This document shows, in pieces, positions 1 through 9,116 of a stretch of DNA of 64,000 nt. Positions within the stretch are counted from its first letter, which is position 1. Each line of letters starts with the position of its first letter. The translations under genes and the position numbers were made by a program. The notes under the pieces were generated by a model. That model made no database searches, was not told the origin of the DNA, and saw only the letters and a list, made by a program, of their open reading frames with translations. This DNA comes from an uncultured Gammaproteobacteria bacterium. GTDB lineage: Bacteria; Patescibacteriota; Patescibacteriia; Veblenbacterales; UBA10138. Where the stretch lies: NCBI GenBank assembly GCA_964348825.1, contig CAYGDX010000001.1:367463-431462 (forward strand). Reading direction: 5' to 3'.

Positions 1-433
1 CCGCAATCACAAGTAATTAGTAGTTTTACATTTTTAGTGTGTAAATATTTTATTGCTTCATCGTTCAAGCCATAACCCTCACGTTCGCGGTGTGGTAGAT
101 ATGTTTCGGTTTTTGCGCCTAATTTTTGTAAAGTAGTAGTTAAGAGTGCGGCGGCACATACACCGTCGGCGTCGTAATCACCAAAAATACCAATTACATC
201 GTTTCGTGAAATACTTTCATAAATTCTCTCTACCGCGCGCTTCATATCTTTAAATAAATAAGGGTCGTGTACATCTTTACTCCAGTCTGGGTTTAAAAAT
301 TCATCAATTTGACTTTGTTCAGTTAGTCCGCGGTTCCATAGCAATTGTAAAAGAATCGGGTCTAATTCCGGAAATAGGCTCTTTGTTTCTTCATTAATTG
401 GTTCGGCAATTTGCCACAGTTTGTTTAACACAT
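1..433 (-). CDS. recJ: Single-stranded-DNA-specific exonuclease RecJ, N-terminal part; the gene continues beyond the window start
   Basis: Reverse-strand translation from the ATG at 431-433 gives MCLNKLWQIAEPINEE...VIGIFGDYDADGVCAAALL...ITCDCG. The DHH motifs I and II are typical of RecJ, and the frame stays open to position 1. This ORF is not in the supplied track because it is incomplete. Confidence 0.8.
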
Positions 434-557
434 TAGTATATTACCTATTTTAGTAGCGATTGACAATTGATATGAGTTGGAGTAAGCTTGGAAACGAAAT
501 TACATACAAAATTGTACATTTTTCACAAACAAAAAACAAAAGAAAAGGAAAATTGTT

Positions 558-1031
558 ATGTTAAAAAAATATGAAATAAATCTTTTAGATTTTACGGCTA
601 ATATCGTTATTATAATTTTATCCGTACTATCATTATCCCAGTATTTTATTTTATCAAGTGAAAATAGATTATGGCGAAGTTATTTTGATGTTGGAATTTT
701 AACTAGTTTATTTGTTTTTACTAGTTATTGGTTAGGTCACTATTTTCAAAATTTTTTTCGAATGATCGTTCAACTTGATAAATTAGAGGCAATAAATTTA
801 CGTCACTTGTGGTTCATTAGTTTATTAACCGGAATTCTAAACTCTTTTATATCTTTTTTAATGTATGACAGAATACCAGGTCTGGGTTATAAAGTTGTAA
901 TGTTGATCTTATTAATTTCCTGCGCTACTATTGGTTTTTTTGCTGGTGTAATTCAAGCCGCTGGGTTTATTGAAGGTGAAAATAAAAAACTAAAAGAAGA
1001 TTATCTGCAGTTATTTAGGAGGGAACAATGA
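558..1031 (+). CDS. Hypothetical multi-pass membrane protein
   Basis: ORF with several hydrophobic segments. It overlaps the next ORF by 4 nt (ATGA). Confidence 0.45.
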   Translation: MLKKYEINLLDFTANIVIIILSVLSLSQYFILSSENRLWRSYFDVGILTSLFVFTSYWLGHYFQNFFRMIVQLDKLEAINLRHLWFISLLTGILNSFISFLMYDRIPGLGYKVVMLILLISCATIGFFAGVIQAAGFIEGENKKLKEDYLQLFRREQ

Positions 1032-1396
1032 ATATAGGACGAGGGCTAGGATTTTTTTCTGTCGCACTGCCGTTACTTGTAATATTATATATTCTTTTAC
1101 CTACGAGATATCGGTTTAAATTTAGTTTCGCAATTGCGGCCATAGCTTCATTTGTTATTGGTTTAATACCAACTCCAACTATTTATGATTTCATTGCTCA
1201 AATGTTGATTAGTTTGTTATCTATTATTGGTAGTTGGTTTATGGCCACTATATTTAAGGTTGAAAAACTAAGAAAGGTTACAGAAAGAAGAAAAATAAGA
1301 AAACAAAATAAAAAAATAAAACGTCTAGCCAAAAGACGTCAAAAAAATATTAGAAAAAAGCAAAAAATTGCTAAGAGGATGTTAAGACATGATTAG
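1028..1396 (+). CDS. Hypothetical membrane protein with a strongly basic Lys/Arg-rich C-terminal tail
   Basis: Hydrophobic N-terminal two thirds, then a KRRKIRKQNKKIKRLAKRRQK tail. Start/stop overlap with the upstream ORF suggests translational coupling. Confidence 0.45.
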   Translation: MNIGRGLGFFSVALPLLVILYILLPTRYRFKFSFAIAAIASFVIGLIPTPTIYDFIAQMLISLLSIIGSWFMATIFKVEKLRKVTERRKIRKQNKKIKRLAKRRQKNIRKKQKIAKRMLRHD

Positions 1397-1418
1397 TTTG
1401 GAAAAACGTCATGTCTTT

Positions 1419-1661
1419 TTATTTATTTTCAGTGGTTGAAACAAGTCGGCTTATTTTTACAGTTACTAATACTACCAATACAGTAATTATTAAAGCGTAA
1501 ACAAATTTAGCCCAAATAGCTGATTGTTCGCCAAAAATATATTTGAATAAGGTTTGAATAGCATCGTTCCAAGCTAATGCCGCTACCAAACCAAAACCAG
1601 CAGTGGTGAGCTCAGAAACTTTTTTAATAATTTGTGTTTTTAAATTTTTCTCATCTGACAT
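1419..1661 (-). CDS. Small membrane protein, hypothetical
   Basis: 80 aa ORF with two predicted TM helices. Confidence 0.4.
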   Translation of the reverse strand: MSDEKNLKTQIIKKVSELTTAGFGLVAALAWNDAIQTLFKYIFGEQSAIWAKFVYALIITVLVVLVTVKISRLVSTTENK

Positions 1662-1663
1662 AA

Positions 1664-2281
1664 TTATTCAAAATTAATTTCATCAGCGTTAATAAATCTA
1701 TGTATTTTTTCCCATACGCCTGATTGAATTGCACCTTTATTATTTAACAATTCAATCACTTCCCACCAGTATTCATGAATCCATAAATTTGGTGGCGGAG
1801 CATTTTGTTGCTGTAATGATTTTATCCAACCTAAGCAATTAACTAATTCATCAAAAGTACCAACCTTGCCCGGAAAAATAACTACATTGGGTAAAATTGT
1901 CATTATATCTTTGCGGGTTTGATAGGAATTTACAGTAACTTTGGCGCCAAATTTTATTAGTTGGTGGGATGGGCAAACAATGTGTAGTGTTATATCAGGT
2001 TGGGCGTTGGTAATAGCGAGCATGGTGCCACCGTTTTCACCGGCGTTTACTAGTACGCCACCAAGGCGTGCCACTTTCATGGCGAGTTTTTCGGCTTCAA
2101 AACAAATTGGATCGCCAAGTGGATAATTCATTCCCCCACTGGTTGCCACCACCAACCCTTCAGCTTTTACTTCTACTTCACCATTATCTATTCCACGCTT
2201 AATAGAAACAAAACCAGCAGAATTTTTAATTTCGCCTTCTTGAATTACTTTACCGGGTACAGTGCCGAATAAGGATGGCAT
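1664..2281 (-). CDS. LOG family protein (TIGR00730-type Rossmann fold; cytokinin riboside 5'-monophosphate phosphoribohydrolase-like)
   Basis: Contains the PGKVGTFDE (PGGxGTxxE-like) LOG signature motif and is about 205 aa, as expected. Confidence 0.7.
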   Translation of the reverse strand: MPSLFGTVPGKVIQEGEIKNSAGFVSIKRGIDNGEVEVKAEGLVVATSGGMNYPLGDPICFEAEKLAMKVARLGGVLVNAGENGGTMLAITNAQPDITLHIVCPSHQLIKFGAKVTVNSYQTRKDIMTILPNVVIFPGKVGTFDELVNCLGWIKSLQQQNAPPPNLWIHEYWWEVIELLNNKGAIQSGVWEKIHRFINADEINFE

Positions 2282-2286
2282 TTTAA

Positions 2287-3240
2287 TTATGATTTTAATT
2301 TTAACAATTCCGACTTAGTTAACAATCCCTTTTGTGCTCCGTTGTGCATTATTACAGCCGTAGCATTAAGCATTCCCCAATATAAAGCGGTTTTGGTGTT
2401 GCCTTCAGAATTAATAAACCCAGCCAAAAATCCACTACCAAATGCATCACCGGCACCAGTGGTGTTTACGGGATTAACTTTAAAAGCTGGTTGGTGATAA
2501 ATACCAGTTTGATTCATATAATAAGCGCCATTTGCACCATCGGTAATCAAAGCGGAATGAACGCCAGTTTTAAGAAGCTTAGGCAACAAATTTTCAGGTT
2601 TATCTGGTTTGGAATTTAATAATTGCTCGGCCTCTTCTTTATTTACATCTAAAATTGAAACGTATGGCAAAAGTTTTTTCATTAAACTTGGTTTTAGTAA
2701 TTGCGCTTGACCAGGGTTCCAAAAAATTGATTGCCCTTGCTTTTTACAATTAGCAAATAATGTTTGTAGTTTACTAGACCAATCCTTACTATATAAGCTT
2801 GTAATATAAAGCCAGGTAGTATTTTTATTAATTATTGACGGAATATCTAAATTCGTAGTAGCGCCACGAGCCACAAAAGCCACGTGGTCATGCGGTCCGC
2901 CACCAGTAACAATAAATGATAAAGCAGTTGCCAACTTTTTATCAGTTTGTAAATTAGTAGTGCCAACCCCTTCGCTCTGCAAGTGTTTTATTACTTCTTG
3001 GCCACGAAAATCAGCGCCCACACGACTAATAATATTAGCCGTGAATCCCAATCGAGCTAATCCAACCGCTACATTGGCCGCGCCACCACCAAAATTATAA
3101 ATCACCTGCTCGGCATCAATTTTTCCGCCATAAGGAAAACTAAGGTAGTTTAATCCGTTTTTAGTATTTAGTTCGACTTGTGAGGTAGTTAAAAATACAT
3201 CCCAAGTAGAACCGCCGATAGTAATAATTTGATTAGTCAT
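2287..3240 (-). CDS. PfkB-family carbohydrate/nucleoside kinase (ribokinase-like)
   Basis: GG(x)AN N-terminal motif and the C-terminal TGAGDAFGSGFLAG PfkB signature. Confidence 0.75.
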   Translation of the reverse strand: MTNQIITIGGSTWDVFLTTSQVELNTKNGLNYLSFPYGGKIDAEQVIYNFGGGAANVAVGLARLGFTANIISRVGADFRGQEVIKHLQSEGVGTTNLQTDKKLATALSFIVTGGGPHDHVAFVARGATTNLDIPSIINKNTTWLYITSLYSKDWSSKLQTLFANCKKQGQSIFWNPGQAQLLKPSLMKKLLPYVSILDVNKEEAEQLLNSKPDKPENLLPKLLKTGVHSALITDGANGAYYMNQTGIYHQPAFKVNPVNTTGAGDAFGSGFLAGFINSEGNTKTALYWGMLNATAVIMHNGAQKGLLTKSELLKLKS

Positions 3241-3285
3241 AAGTTAATCTTAACATTTTTAGATGGTTAATGCTATACTAAAATT

Positions 3286-3627
3286 ATGATTAAATTGTAT
3301 TCACGATTTATTAGTGTAGTTCTATTTATACTTGGCCTGTGGGGGTTTTGGATTGGTAGTATTCCTCAATTTGTACAATTTGATTTGTGGCAAAGTTTTA
3401 TTTACTTAATTTTGGGTGGTGTAGGGTTACAATTAAGTTTTGGTAAACATGAATTTAAATATCTTGTTAATTATTTAAAAACAGCTGGAGTCGTTTGTTT
3501 GGTGTTTTTATTGTTTGGATTAACCTTTCCTAATTTTTTTGATGTTTTTCATTTTGAAGTACCGGAACATATTGGGCATCTTATTTTGGGAGTACTTAGT
3601 TTGATGATTGTTAAAAAATATGATTAA
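3286..3627 (+). CDS. Hypothetical membrane protein
   Basis: 113 aa ORF with three or four hydrophobic helices. Confidence 0.4.
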   Translation: MIKLYSRFISVVLFILGLWGFWIGSIPQFVQFDLWQSFIYLILGGVGLQLSFGKHEFKYLVNYLKTAGVVCLVFLLFGLTFPNFFDVFHFEVPEHIGHLILGVLSLMIVKKYD

Positions 3628-3645
3628 ATATAAAATAATTGTATT

Positions 3646-3740
3646 TAAATCCCCAAGATTCAAATCCCAATTCCCAAAATTTAGTAAACTATTTTCTGTA
3701 CTACTTGGGGATTGGATCTTGGGATTTGGGAATTAAACAT
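3646..3740. repeat. Intergenic AT-rich palindromic repeat of the AAATCC(N)AA / TTGG(N)ATTT family (copy 1)
   Basis: aaatccccaagattcaaatcccaattcccaaaa ... ttggggattggatcttgggatttgggaatt forms a long imperfect hairpin. Confidence 0.6.
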
Positions 3741-3777
3741 TTGGTTATTGAAATTTAATTTTGATACTAAGAACGCA

Positions 3778-4140
3778 TTACTTCCCAATCGCCCGCTTAA
3801 TCGCCTCCATTGACATCAGCGCACATTTAAGGCGGTTAGGTCCAACTGAAATATTAAGTAGATCAACTATAAATTTTTGATCTATTTTTTTTAAATCATT
3901 TATTTTTTGTCCAACAATTTTTTCAAGTAGCATTGAGGCCGCGGCTTGAGATAATACACAACCTTCGCCCGTAAATCCGGCTTGTTTTATAACTCCCCCA
4001 TCATCAATCATAAGTTGCACTGTTAAACTATCACCGCAAGATTTGTTTTCGGCACGACCTGTGTGGGTAGCATTTTTTACATCACCACGCTTCCGCGGAT
4101 TTTTGTAGTGATCAAGAATGTTTTGTTGATAGAGGTCCAT
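3778..4140 (-). CDS. sufU: SUF system Fe-S cluster assembly scaffold SufU (NifU/IscU-like)
   Basis: NifU-like N-terminus DLYQQNILDHYKNPR...CGD...GC with conserved Cys ligands. It is the last gene of the suf operon. Confidence 0.8.
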   Translation of the reverse strand: MDLYQQNILDHYKNPRKRGDVKNATHTGRAENKSCGDSLTVQLMIDDGGVIKQAGFTGEGCVLSQAAASMLLEKIVGQKINDLKKIDQKFIVDLLNISVGPNRLKCALMSMEAIKRAIGK

Positions 4141-4144
4141 AAAG

Positions 4145-4212
4145 TTTAAAATCCAAAATCCGAATACCGAAATCCTAAATTTTCGAATTTAGTGCTTCGA
4201 ATTTTGGATTTA
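4145..4212. repeat. Intergenic palindromic AAATCC-family repeat (copy 2) between sufU and sufS
   Basis: aaaatccaaaatccgaataccgaaatcctaaattttcgaattt...cgaattttggattt inverted structure. Confidence 0.55.
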
Positions 4213-5427
4213 ACTTAGTATCACTTGTGCTCGTTTAATTCCCGCTACTAGCGCATCAATATCTTCAGGTGTGTTATAAAGGCCAAAACTAGCTCGGGTG
4301 GTGGCTACTAAGCCCAATTTAGTGTGGAGTGGCATAGCACAGTGGTGGCCAGCCCGCACTGCGATATTGACTTCATCAAGTAAACTAGCTAAATCATGAG
4401 GATGAATTTTATTTACCACAAAAGAAAAAACTGCGCCGCGTTTACTTACATCGGTTGGCCCAACTAAACGTAGATTATTTATTTTTGTTAATTGTTCTAA
4501 ACCATAAGCGGTAATTTTATTTTCGTGTTCTTGAATATCGCGCCAGCCGATTTTGGTAATAAATTTTATAGCGGAGGCGAGCCCTACCACCTCTGCTATT
4601 GGTGGTGTGCCAGCTTCAAATTTATCAGGGACGTTGGTCCAAGTGGCATTTTCAAAACTTACTTCATTAATCATTCCCCCACCATACTCAAATGGTTCTA
4701 ATTTATTTAATAATTCAGTTTTGCCGTAGAGCACACCAATTCCAGTTGGACCATAAATTTTATGTCCAGAAAAAGCTAAGAAATCACAATTCAATTCTTT
4801 AACATCTATTTCCACATGCGCGGCGGCTTGTGAAGCGTCTATTATTGTTAATGCTCCCGCCGTGTGTGCTGATTTGATAATTGTTTTTAGGTTAGTAATT
4901 TCGCCGGTTACATTAGACATACCTGACACGCTCACAATTTTAGTTTTTGGGTTTATTAATTGATTTAAATCAGATAAAATTAATTGCCCATTTTCATCAA
5001 CTGGTATAAAACGCAAAATTAAGTTATGTTTTTGGGCCGCTTGTTGCCAAGGCACGAGATTGGCGTGATGTTCTAGTTCAGTTAATAAAATTTCGTCACT
5101 TGGTGTTAAATTTGTTGTTAAACTAGCGGCTAATAAATTAAGCCCACTGGTGGTACCACGGGTAAAAATAATTTCGTGTGGACTTTCGGCGTTTACAAAA
5201 TTAGCTACTGTTTCGCGCGCCTCTTCGTAAGCTAAACTTGCTTTTTCCGCTAATTTATAAACACCACGATGGATATTAGCATATGAAGTACGATAAAAAT
5301 TATCCATGGCTTTTAAAACTTGCTCTGGTTTTTGGGCCGAAGCGCCACTATCCAAAAATACCAAATCTTTGTTGATTGGGGCATTAAAAATTGGGAATTG
5401 TTCTTTGATTTTACTTTGGTCAAACAT
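4210..5427 (-). CDS. sufS: Cysteine desulfurase SufS (class V aminotransferase)
   Basis: FPIF...LVFLDSGASAQKP N-terminus, the SGHKIYGPTGIGVLYGK PLP-lysine motif and the active-site HHCA loop. The track ORF runs to 5487, but the likely true start is the ATG at 5425-5427 (MFDQSKIKEQFPIF), which overlaps the sufD stop. Confidence 0.85.
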   Translation of the reverse strand: MFDQSKIKEQFPIFNAPINKDLVFLDSGASAQKPEQVLKAMDNFYRTSYANIHRGVYKLAEKASLAYEEARETVANFVNAESPHEIIFTRGTTSGLNLLAASLTTNLTPSDEILLTELEHHANLVPWQQAAQKHNLILRFIPVDENGQLILSDLNQLINPKTKIVSVSGMSNVTGEITNLKTIIKSAHTAGALTIIDASQAAAHVEIDVKELNCDFLAFSGHKIYGPTGIGVLYGKTELLNKLEPFEYGGGMINEVSFENATWTNVPDKFEAGTPPIAEVVGLASAIKFITKIGWRDIQEHENKITAYGLEQLTKINNLRLVGPTDVSKRGAVFSFVVNKIHPHDLASLLDEVNIAVRAGHHCAMPLHTKLGLVATTRASFGLYNTPEDIDALVAGIKRAQVILS

Positions 5428-6055
5428 ACGATTTAAGTTTAGCACTAATCGATTTTTGGACAAGCGCGTTAGGCGGTAAAATAGCATTTATAAAACCAGC
5501 AATTAAAATTTGACTGGCTTGCTTTGCCGATAAGCCACGACTGCGCAAATAAAAAATATCTTCGTTTGACAAACGCCCAACAGTTGCACCGTGTGAGGCC
5601 TTAACGTCATTGGTTAAAATTTCCAAACTGGGAATTGATTCGGCTTTAGCATTATCGCCGACTAAGAGTGATTTATCTGACAAATAAGCATCAGTACCAC
5701 TCCCATTTTTATCTATTTTTATCATGGCGCGACAAAAACTTTCAGAACTTCCAAATTGCACTCGCCTGATATTAAGGCGCGAGAAACAATTTTTACCACA
5801 ATGGTTTACGGTGAAATTAAATTGTTGGTTTTCAGTCTTACCGCCCAAGTGAACAAAACTCGCCTCTAGTTTTGAATTGTTACCAGCTAAATTAAAATTA
5901 ATATTAAAATTTTTATCGGTAGCACCGTAATTTATAAAGTATAATTTTATGTTGCAGTTGTTTTCTAAAATAAAATCGTAATCTTTTTCTAAAGATATGA
6001 TTTTTTGTTCTATAAATAGTTCATCTTTTTTGTTATTTTTAAAATATTTTTTCAT
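5420..6055 (-). CDS. sufD: Fe-S cluster assembly protein SufD, unusually short (211 aa)
   Basis: SufB/SufD beta-helix C-terminal region (FYLRSRGLSAKQASQILIAGF). It sits between sufB and sufS. Confidence 0.7.
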   Translation of the reverse strand: MKKYFKNNKKDELFIEQKIISLEKDYDFILENNCNIKLYFINYGATDKNFNINFNLAGNNSKLEASFVHLGGKTENQQFNFTVNHCGKNCFSRLNIRRVQFGSSESFCRAMIKIDKNGSGTDAYLSDKSLLVGDNAKAESIPSLEILTNDVKASHGATVGRLSNEDIFYLRSRGLSAKQASQILIAGFINAILPPNALVQKSISAKLKSYV

Positions 6056-6061
6056 AATTTA

Positions 6062-7468
6062 TTATCCCACACTTCCCTCCATCTCCAGTTGGATTAAACG
6101 ATTTAATTCTACGGCATATTCGAGTGGTAATTCTTTGGCCACGGGCTCTATAAAACCAGAAACAATTAATGACACTGCTTCGTTTTCAGACAGCCCACGA
6201 GAGCGCAAATAAAATAATTGCTCCTCCCCTACTTTTGAGACCACGGCTTCATGTTCAATTTGTGTATCACTCGCCTGTATTTTCATAGTGGGGTAAGTGT
6301 CACTCCGTGATTTATCATCCAAAATTAAAGCATCGCATTTTACTTTTGATTTTACACTAGTTGCTTGCGGTGCGACTTTTAAAAGTCCGCGATAACTAGT
6401 ACGTCCGCCGTGATGTGATACTGATTTCGAAATTATGTTTGAGCTAGTATCGGGTGCTAAGTGAATTACTTTAGCACCCGCATCTTGATATTGATTATGG
6501 CCCGCTACCGCTAGTGATAAAATGTCAGCTCGCGCGCCACGACCAGTCATTACCACGCAAGGATATTTCATAGTTAATTTGGCGCCAAAATTACCATCAA
6601 CCCATTCTACAATCGCGCCTTCTTGCGCGACTGCCCGTTTGGTAACTAAATTATAAACATCAGTGGACCAGTTTTGAATGGTAGTATAACGCACGCGCGA
6701 ATAAGGTTTGGCAATAATTTCCACCACCGCGGCGTGTAAAGAATCCACCGCGTAAATTGGCGCGGTACAACCTTCTACATAGTGCACGAAACTTCCCTCT
6801 TCGGCGATTATTAAAGTGCGTTCAAATTGTCCCATATTCGCGGCATTCAAGCGAAAATAAGCTTGGAGTGGTAAAGTAACTTGTACGCCCGCAGGCACAT
6901 AAACAAAACTACCACCACTCCATACGGCGGTGTTGAGGGCGGCAATTTTATTATCGGCGATTGGTACTACTGTACCAATATATTTTTTTACAAGCTCTGG
7001 ATATTTTTGCAGTGCTTCATCAAGTCCGCAAAAAATAACTCCCAATTTTTGCCACTCAGCTTTTAAATTATGATAAATAGTTTCTGATTCGTATTGCGCG
7101 CCTACACCAGCTAAAAATTCTCGCTCAGCTTGAGGTACGCCCAATTTATTAAAAGTATTTTTGATTTTGGTTGGAACTTCGCTCCATTTTTGAGCTTCTC
7201 TTTCAGTCGGCTTAATATAATATTGTATTTTATCAAAATTTAAAGCTGATAAATCAGGCGCCCAAGTTGGCATTGTCTTGGCTTTAAAAATTTGAAGAGC
7301 ACGTAGGCGATTTTGTAGCATCCAGTGGGGTTCATTTTTTAAATAGGAAATCTCTTGGACTACTGGTTCAGATAATCCAGCGGGGATAGAATAAAAAGGC
7401 ACGACATCATCACGAAAGCCGTATCTAGTTCGGTAATTATTAGTGTTGGTGGAATATTTGTTGGACAT
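6062..7468 (-). CDS. sufB: Fe-S cluster assembly protein SufB
   Basis: 468 aa with the typical SufB C-terminus ...FYLRSRGLSENEA...ELNRLIQLEMEGSVG. Confidence 0.9.
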   Translation of the reverse strand: MSNKYSTNTNNYRTRYGFRDDVVPFYSIPAGLSEPVVQEISYLKNEPHWMLQNRLRALQIFKAKTMPTWAPDLSALNFDKIQYYIKPTEREAQKWSEVPTKIKNTFNKLGVPQAEREFLAGVGAQYESETIYHNLKAEWQKLGVIFCGLDEALQKYPELVKKYIGTVVPIADNKIAALNTAVWSGGSFVYVPAGVQVTLPLQAYFRLNAANMGQFERTLIIAEEGSFVHYVEGCTAPIYAVDSLHAAVVEIIAKPYSRVRYTTIQNWSTDVYNLVTKRAVAQEGAIVEWVDGNFGAKLTMKYPCVVMTGRGARADILSLAVAGHNQYQDAGAKVIHLAPDTSSNIISKSVSHHGGRTSYRGLLKVAPQATSVKSKVKCDALILDDKSRSDTYPTMKIQASDTQIEHEAVVSKVGEEQLFYLRSRGLSENEAVSLIVSGFIEPVAKELPLEYAVELNRLIQLEMEGSVG

Positions 7469-7640
7469 ACAATTTTGAAAATCCGAAATCAGAATTGTCT
7501 AATTACTAATCTCTAAAATCTAATTTCTAAAAATGACAAATGTCTAATAACTAAATTTAGAGATTGGGAATTAGATATTTTTAGATATTAGAAATTAGTC
7601 ATTAGTGATTTTTTGTTTTTGGATTCCCGCCTCCGCGGGA
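7469..7640. repeat. Intergenic palindromic AAATCC / tandem 'aatc/ctaa' repeat (copy 3) inside the suf operon
   Basis: ctaatttctaaaaat...atttttagatattagaaattag inverted arrangement of about 170 nt between sufC and sufB. Confidence 0.55.
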
Positions 7641-7649
7641 ATGACAATT
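7621..7649. repeat. Conserved 29-nt GC hairpin motif GGATTCCCGCCTCCGCGGGAATGACAATT (copy 1)
   Basis: TCCCGC/GCGGGA stem just 3' of the sufC stop. A second copy with compensatory stem changes lies at 22385-22413. Confidence 0.6.
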
Positions 7650-7659
7650 GCTAATACTC

Positions 7660-8418
7660 TTACTCTAAGCTCTTACTCTTACTAAAATACTTATATCCAA
7701 ACTGATCAATTTTCTTCACCAACTCCTTTCCCCCACTCGCTACAATTTGTCCGTCAAGCATAATATGAATAAAATCAGGTTTTAGGTAATCCAAAAGTCG
7801 CTGGTAATGTGTGATTACCAAAAATCCCCTTGTTTTGTGTCGTAGTTCGCTAATACCATTCGCCACTGATTTTAAGGCGTCTAAATCAAGGCCAGAATCA
7901 GTTTCATCTAGTACTGCAAGCCGTGGTTTAAATAATAATAGTTGGAGTACTTCTAATTTTTTTTTCTCACCACCGGAAAAATTGTCGTTAATTGAGCGTT
8001 CTAAAAATTCAGGATTTAAATTTAATTGATTCAAAATTGGTTTTAATTTTTTTTGTAGTTCGGCTGGATTTATTTTTATAGAATGTAAATTATTGTAAGC
8101 CAAATGCAAAAAATTAAATATCGGCACACCGCTCAAGCTTTGTGGATTTTGAAAGGCTAAAAAAATTCCGGCTCGGGCTCTTATTTCTGGCGACATGGCG
8201 TTAATTTTTTTATCATTAAATTTTATATCACCGCGAGTTATTTTATAAGCTGGATGCCCAGCTATAGTTAAAGCTAGAGTAGATTTACCCGAGCCATTGG
8301 GCCCCATTATTACATGAGTTTCATTGGCTTTAACTTTGAGTGATAATCCATTGATAATTTTTTTATTTTCCGCCGCGACTGATAAATTATTTATAGATAG
8401 TAACATTTTAAATAACAT
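7660..8418 (-). CDS. sufC: Fe-S cluster assembly ATPase SufC
   Basis: Walker A GPNGSGKST, ABC signature LSGGEKK and Walker B VLDETDSGLD. It is the first gene of the suf operon. Confidence 0.9.
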   Translation of the reverse strand: MLFKMLLSINNLSVAAENKKIINGLSLKVKANETHVIMGPNGSGKSTLALTIAGHPAYKITRGDIKFNDKKINAMSPEIRARAGIFLAFQNPQSLSGVPIFNFLHLAYNNLHSIKINPAELQKKLKPILNQLNLNPEFLERSINDNFSGGEKKKLEVLQLLLFKPRLAVLDETDSGLDLDALKSVANGISELRHKTRGFLVITHYQRLLDYLKPDFIHIMLDGQIVASGGKELVKKIDQFGYKYFSKSKSLE

Positions 8419-9013
8419 TAAGACGATTTTCTACCTCAGTCCAATTTATTACTTGGAAGTATGCTTCAACATATTCTGGTCGACGATTTTGGTATTTCAA
8501 ATAGTAAGCGTGTTCCCACACATCAAGCCCTAAAATTGGAGTAAGTTTTTGACTAATTGGACAATCTTGGTTGGGAGTATTAACAATAGATAATTTTTTA
8601 GTTTGGTCAGCTGTAAGCCAAGTGAAGCCACTGCCAAATAGGGAAAGTGCCGATTTAGTAAAAGATTCTTTAAATTTTGCAAAGTCGCCAAAATCGCTAG
8701 TAATTTGTTCAGCTAATTTGCCTTGTGGCTCCTTAGCAACACCCGGTTTAATAATTTCCCAAAATAAACAGTGATTAAAATGCCCACCACCGTGATTGCG
8801 CACCGTAGTGCGAATACTTTCGGGTACAATATTTAAATTAGTTAGTAACCATTCGATTGATTTGTCAGCTAGTTCGGGGGCTTGGGTTAGCACTTCATTC
8901 AATTTGTTAACATAAGTTTGATGATGCTTACTATAGTGTATTTCCATTGTTTTAGCATCAAAATATGGCTCCAGCGCGTCGTAGGAGTAAGGCAATTTAG
9001 GTAATTCAAACAT
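8408..9013 (-). CDS. Fe/Mn-family superoxide dismutase
   Basis: LPKLPYSYDALEPYFDAKTMEIHYSKHHQTYV and DVWEHAYY metal-ligand motifs. Confidence 0.9.
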   Translation of the reverse strand: MFELPKLPYSYDALEPYFDAKTMEIHYSKHHQTYVNKLNEVLTQAPELADKSIEWLLTNLNIVPESIRTTVRNHGGGHFNHCLFWEIIKPGVAKEPQGKLAEQITSDFGDFAKFKESFTKSALSLFGSGFTWLTADQTKKLSIVNTPNQDCPISQKLTPILGLDVWEHAYYLKYQNRRPEYVEAYFQVINWTEVENRLNVI

Positions 9014-9116
9014 AGATAAAATATTAATAATTAAGTAAGATTAGTATAGCAAAAATTTCTAAAAATAGTTAATTTCATTTGTCAATCATGGTTTTTAATA
9101 CTATAATCAGCTTATT

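Noticed and set aside
463-495. Promoter for the first plus-strand membrane gene (TTGACA at 463-468)
   Set aside because: The -35 is good, but no convincing -10 follows at 16-18 nt (TAAGCT). The start codon is 90 nt away. It is too weak to list as a feature.
1941-2126. Short antisense or overlapping ORFs from the six-frame track that lie inside strong genes. Examples are 1941-2126, 5997-6212, 6881-7066, 7811-8029, 8324-8533, 8571-8774, 12150-12362, 12614-13066, 12784-12969, 13777-13968, 15558-15782, 16677-16898, 18996-19184, 21263-21496, 22509-22691, 23746-23943, 24387-24575, 24845-25099, 25045-25356, 25859-26137, 26338-26538, 26684-26958, 27813-27995, 28437-28736, 28710-28940, 32161-32604, 32997-33188, 34329-34511, 37120-37356, 38623-38871, 39543-39839, 42503-42935, 43033-43245, 43261-43572, 43286-43480, 43783-44073, 45186-45778, 46290-46566, 47299-47868, 48998-49228, 50012-50215, 50814-51193, 52069-52305, 54541-54789, 54970-55249, 55496-55717, 56405-56590, 57204-57437, 59251-59448, 63085-63594
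   Set aside because: Each lies opposite to, or in an alternate frame of, a longer ORF with clear family motifs. The sequences are low-complexity (Ser/Phe/Ile-rich) with no recognisable domains. They are most likely spurious.
3646-7640. The intergenic repeat arrays as CRISPR arrays
   Set aside because: The units are 8-10 nt, irregular and AT-rich. They are arranged as inverted rather than direct repeats, and they lack constant-length spacers. No cas genes were found other than a lone Cas4-like nuclease far away.
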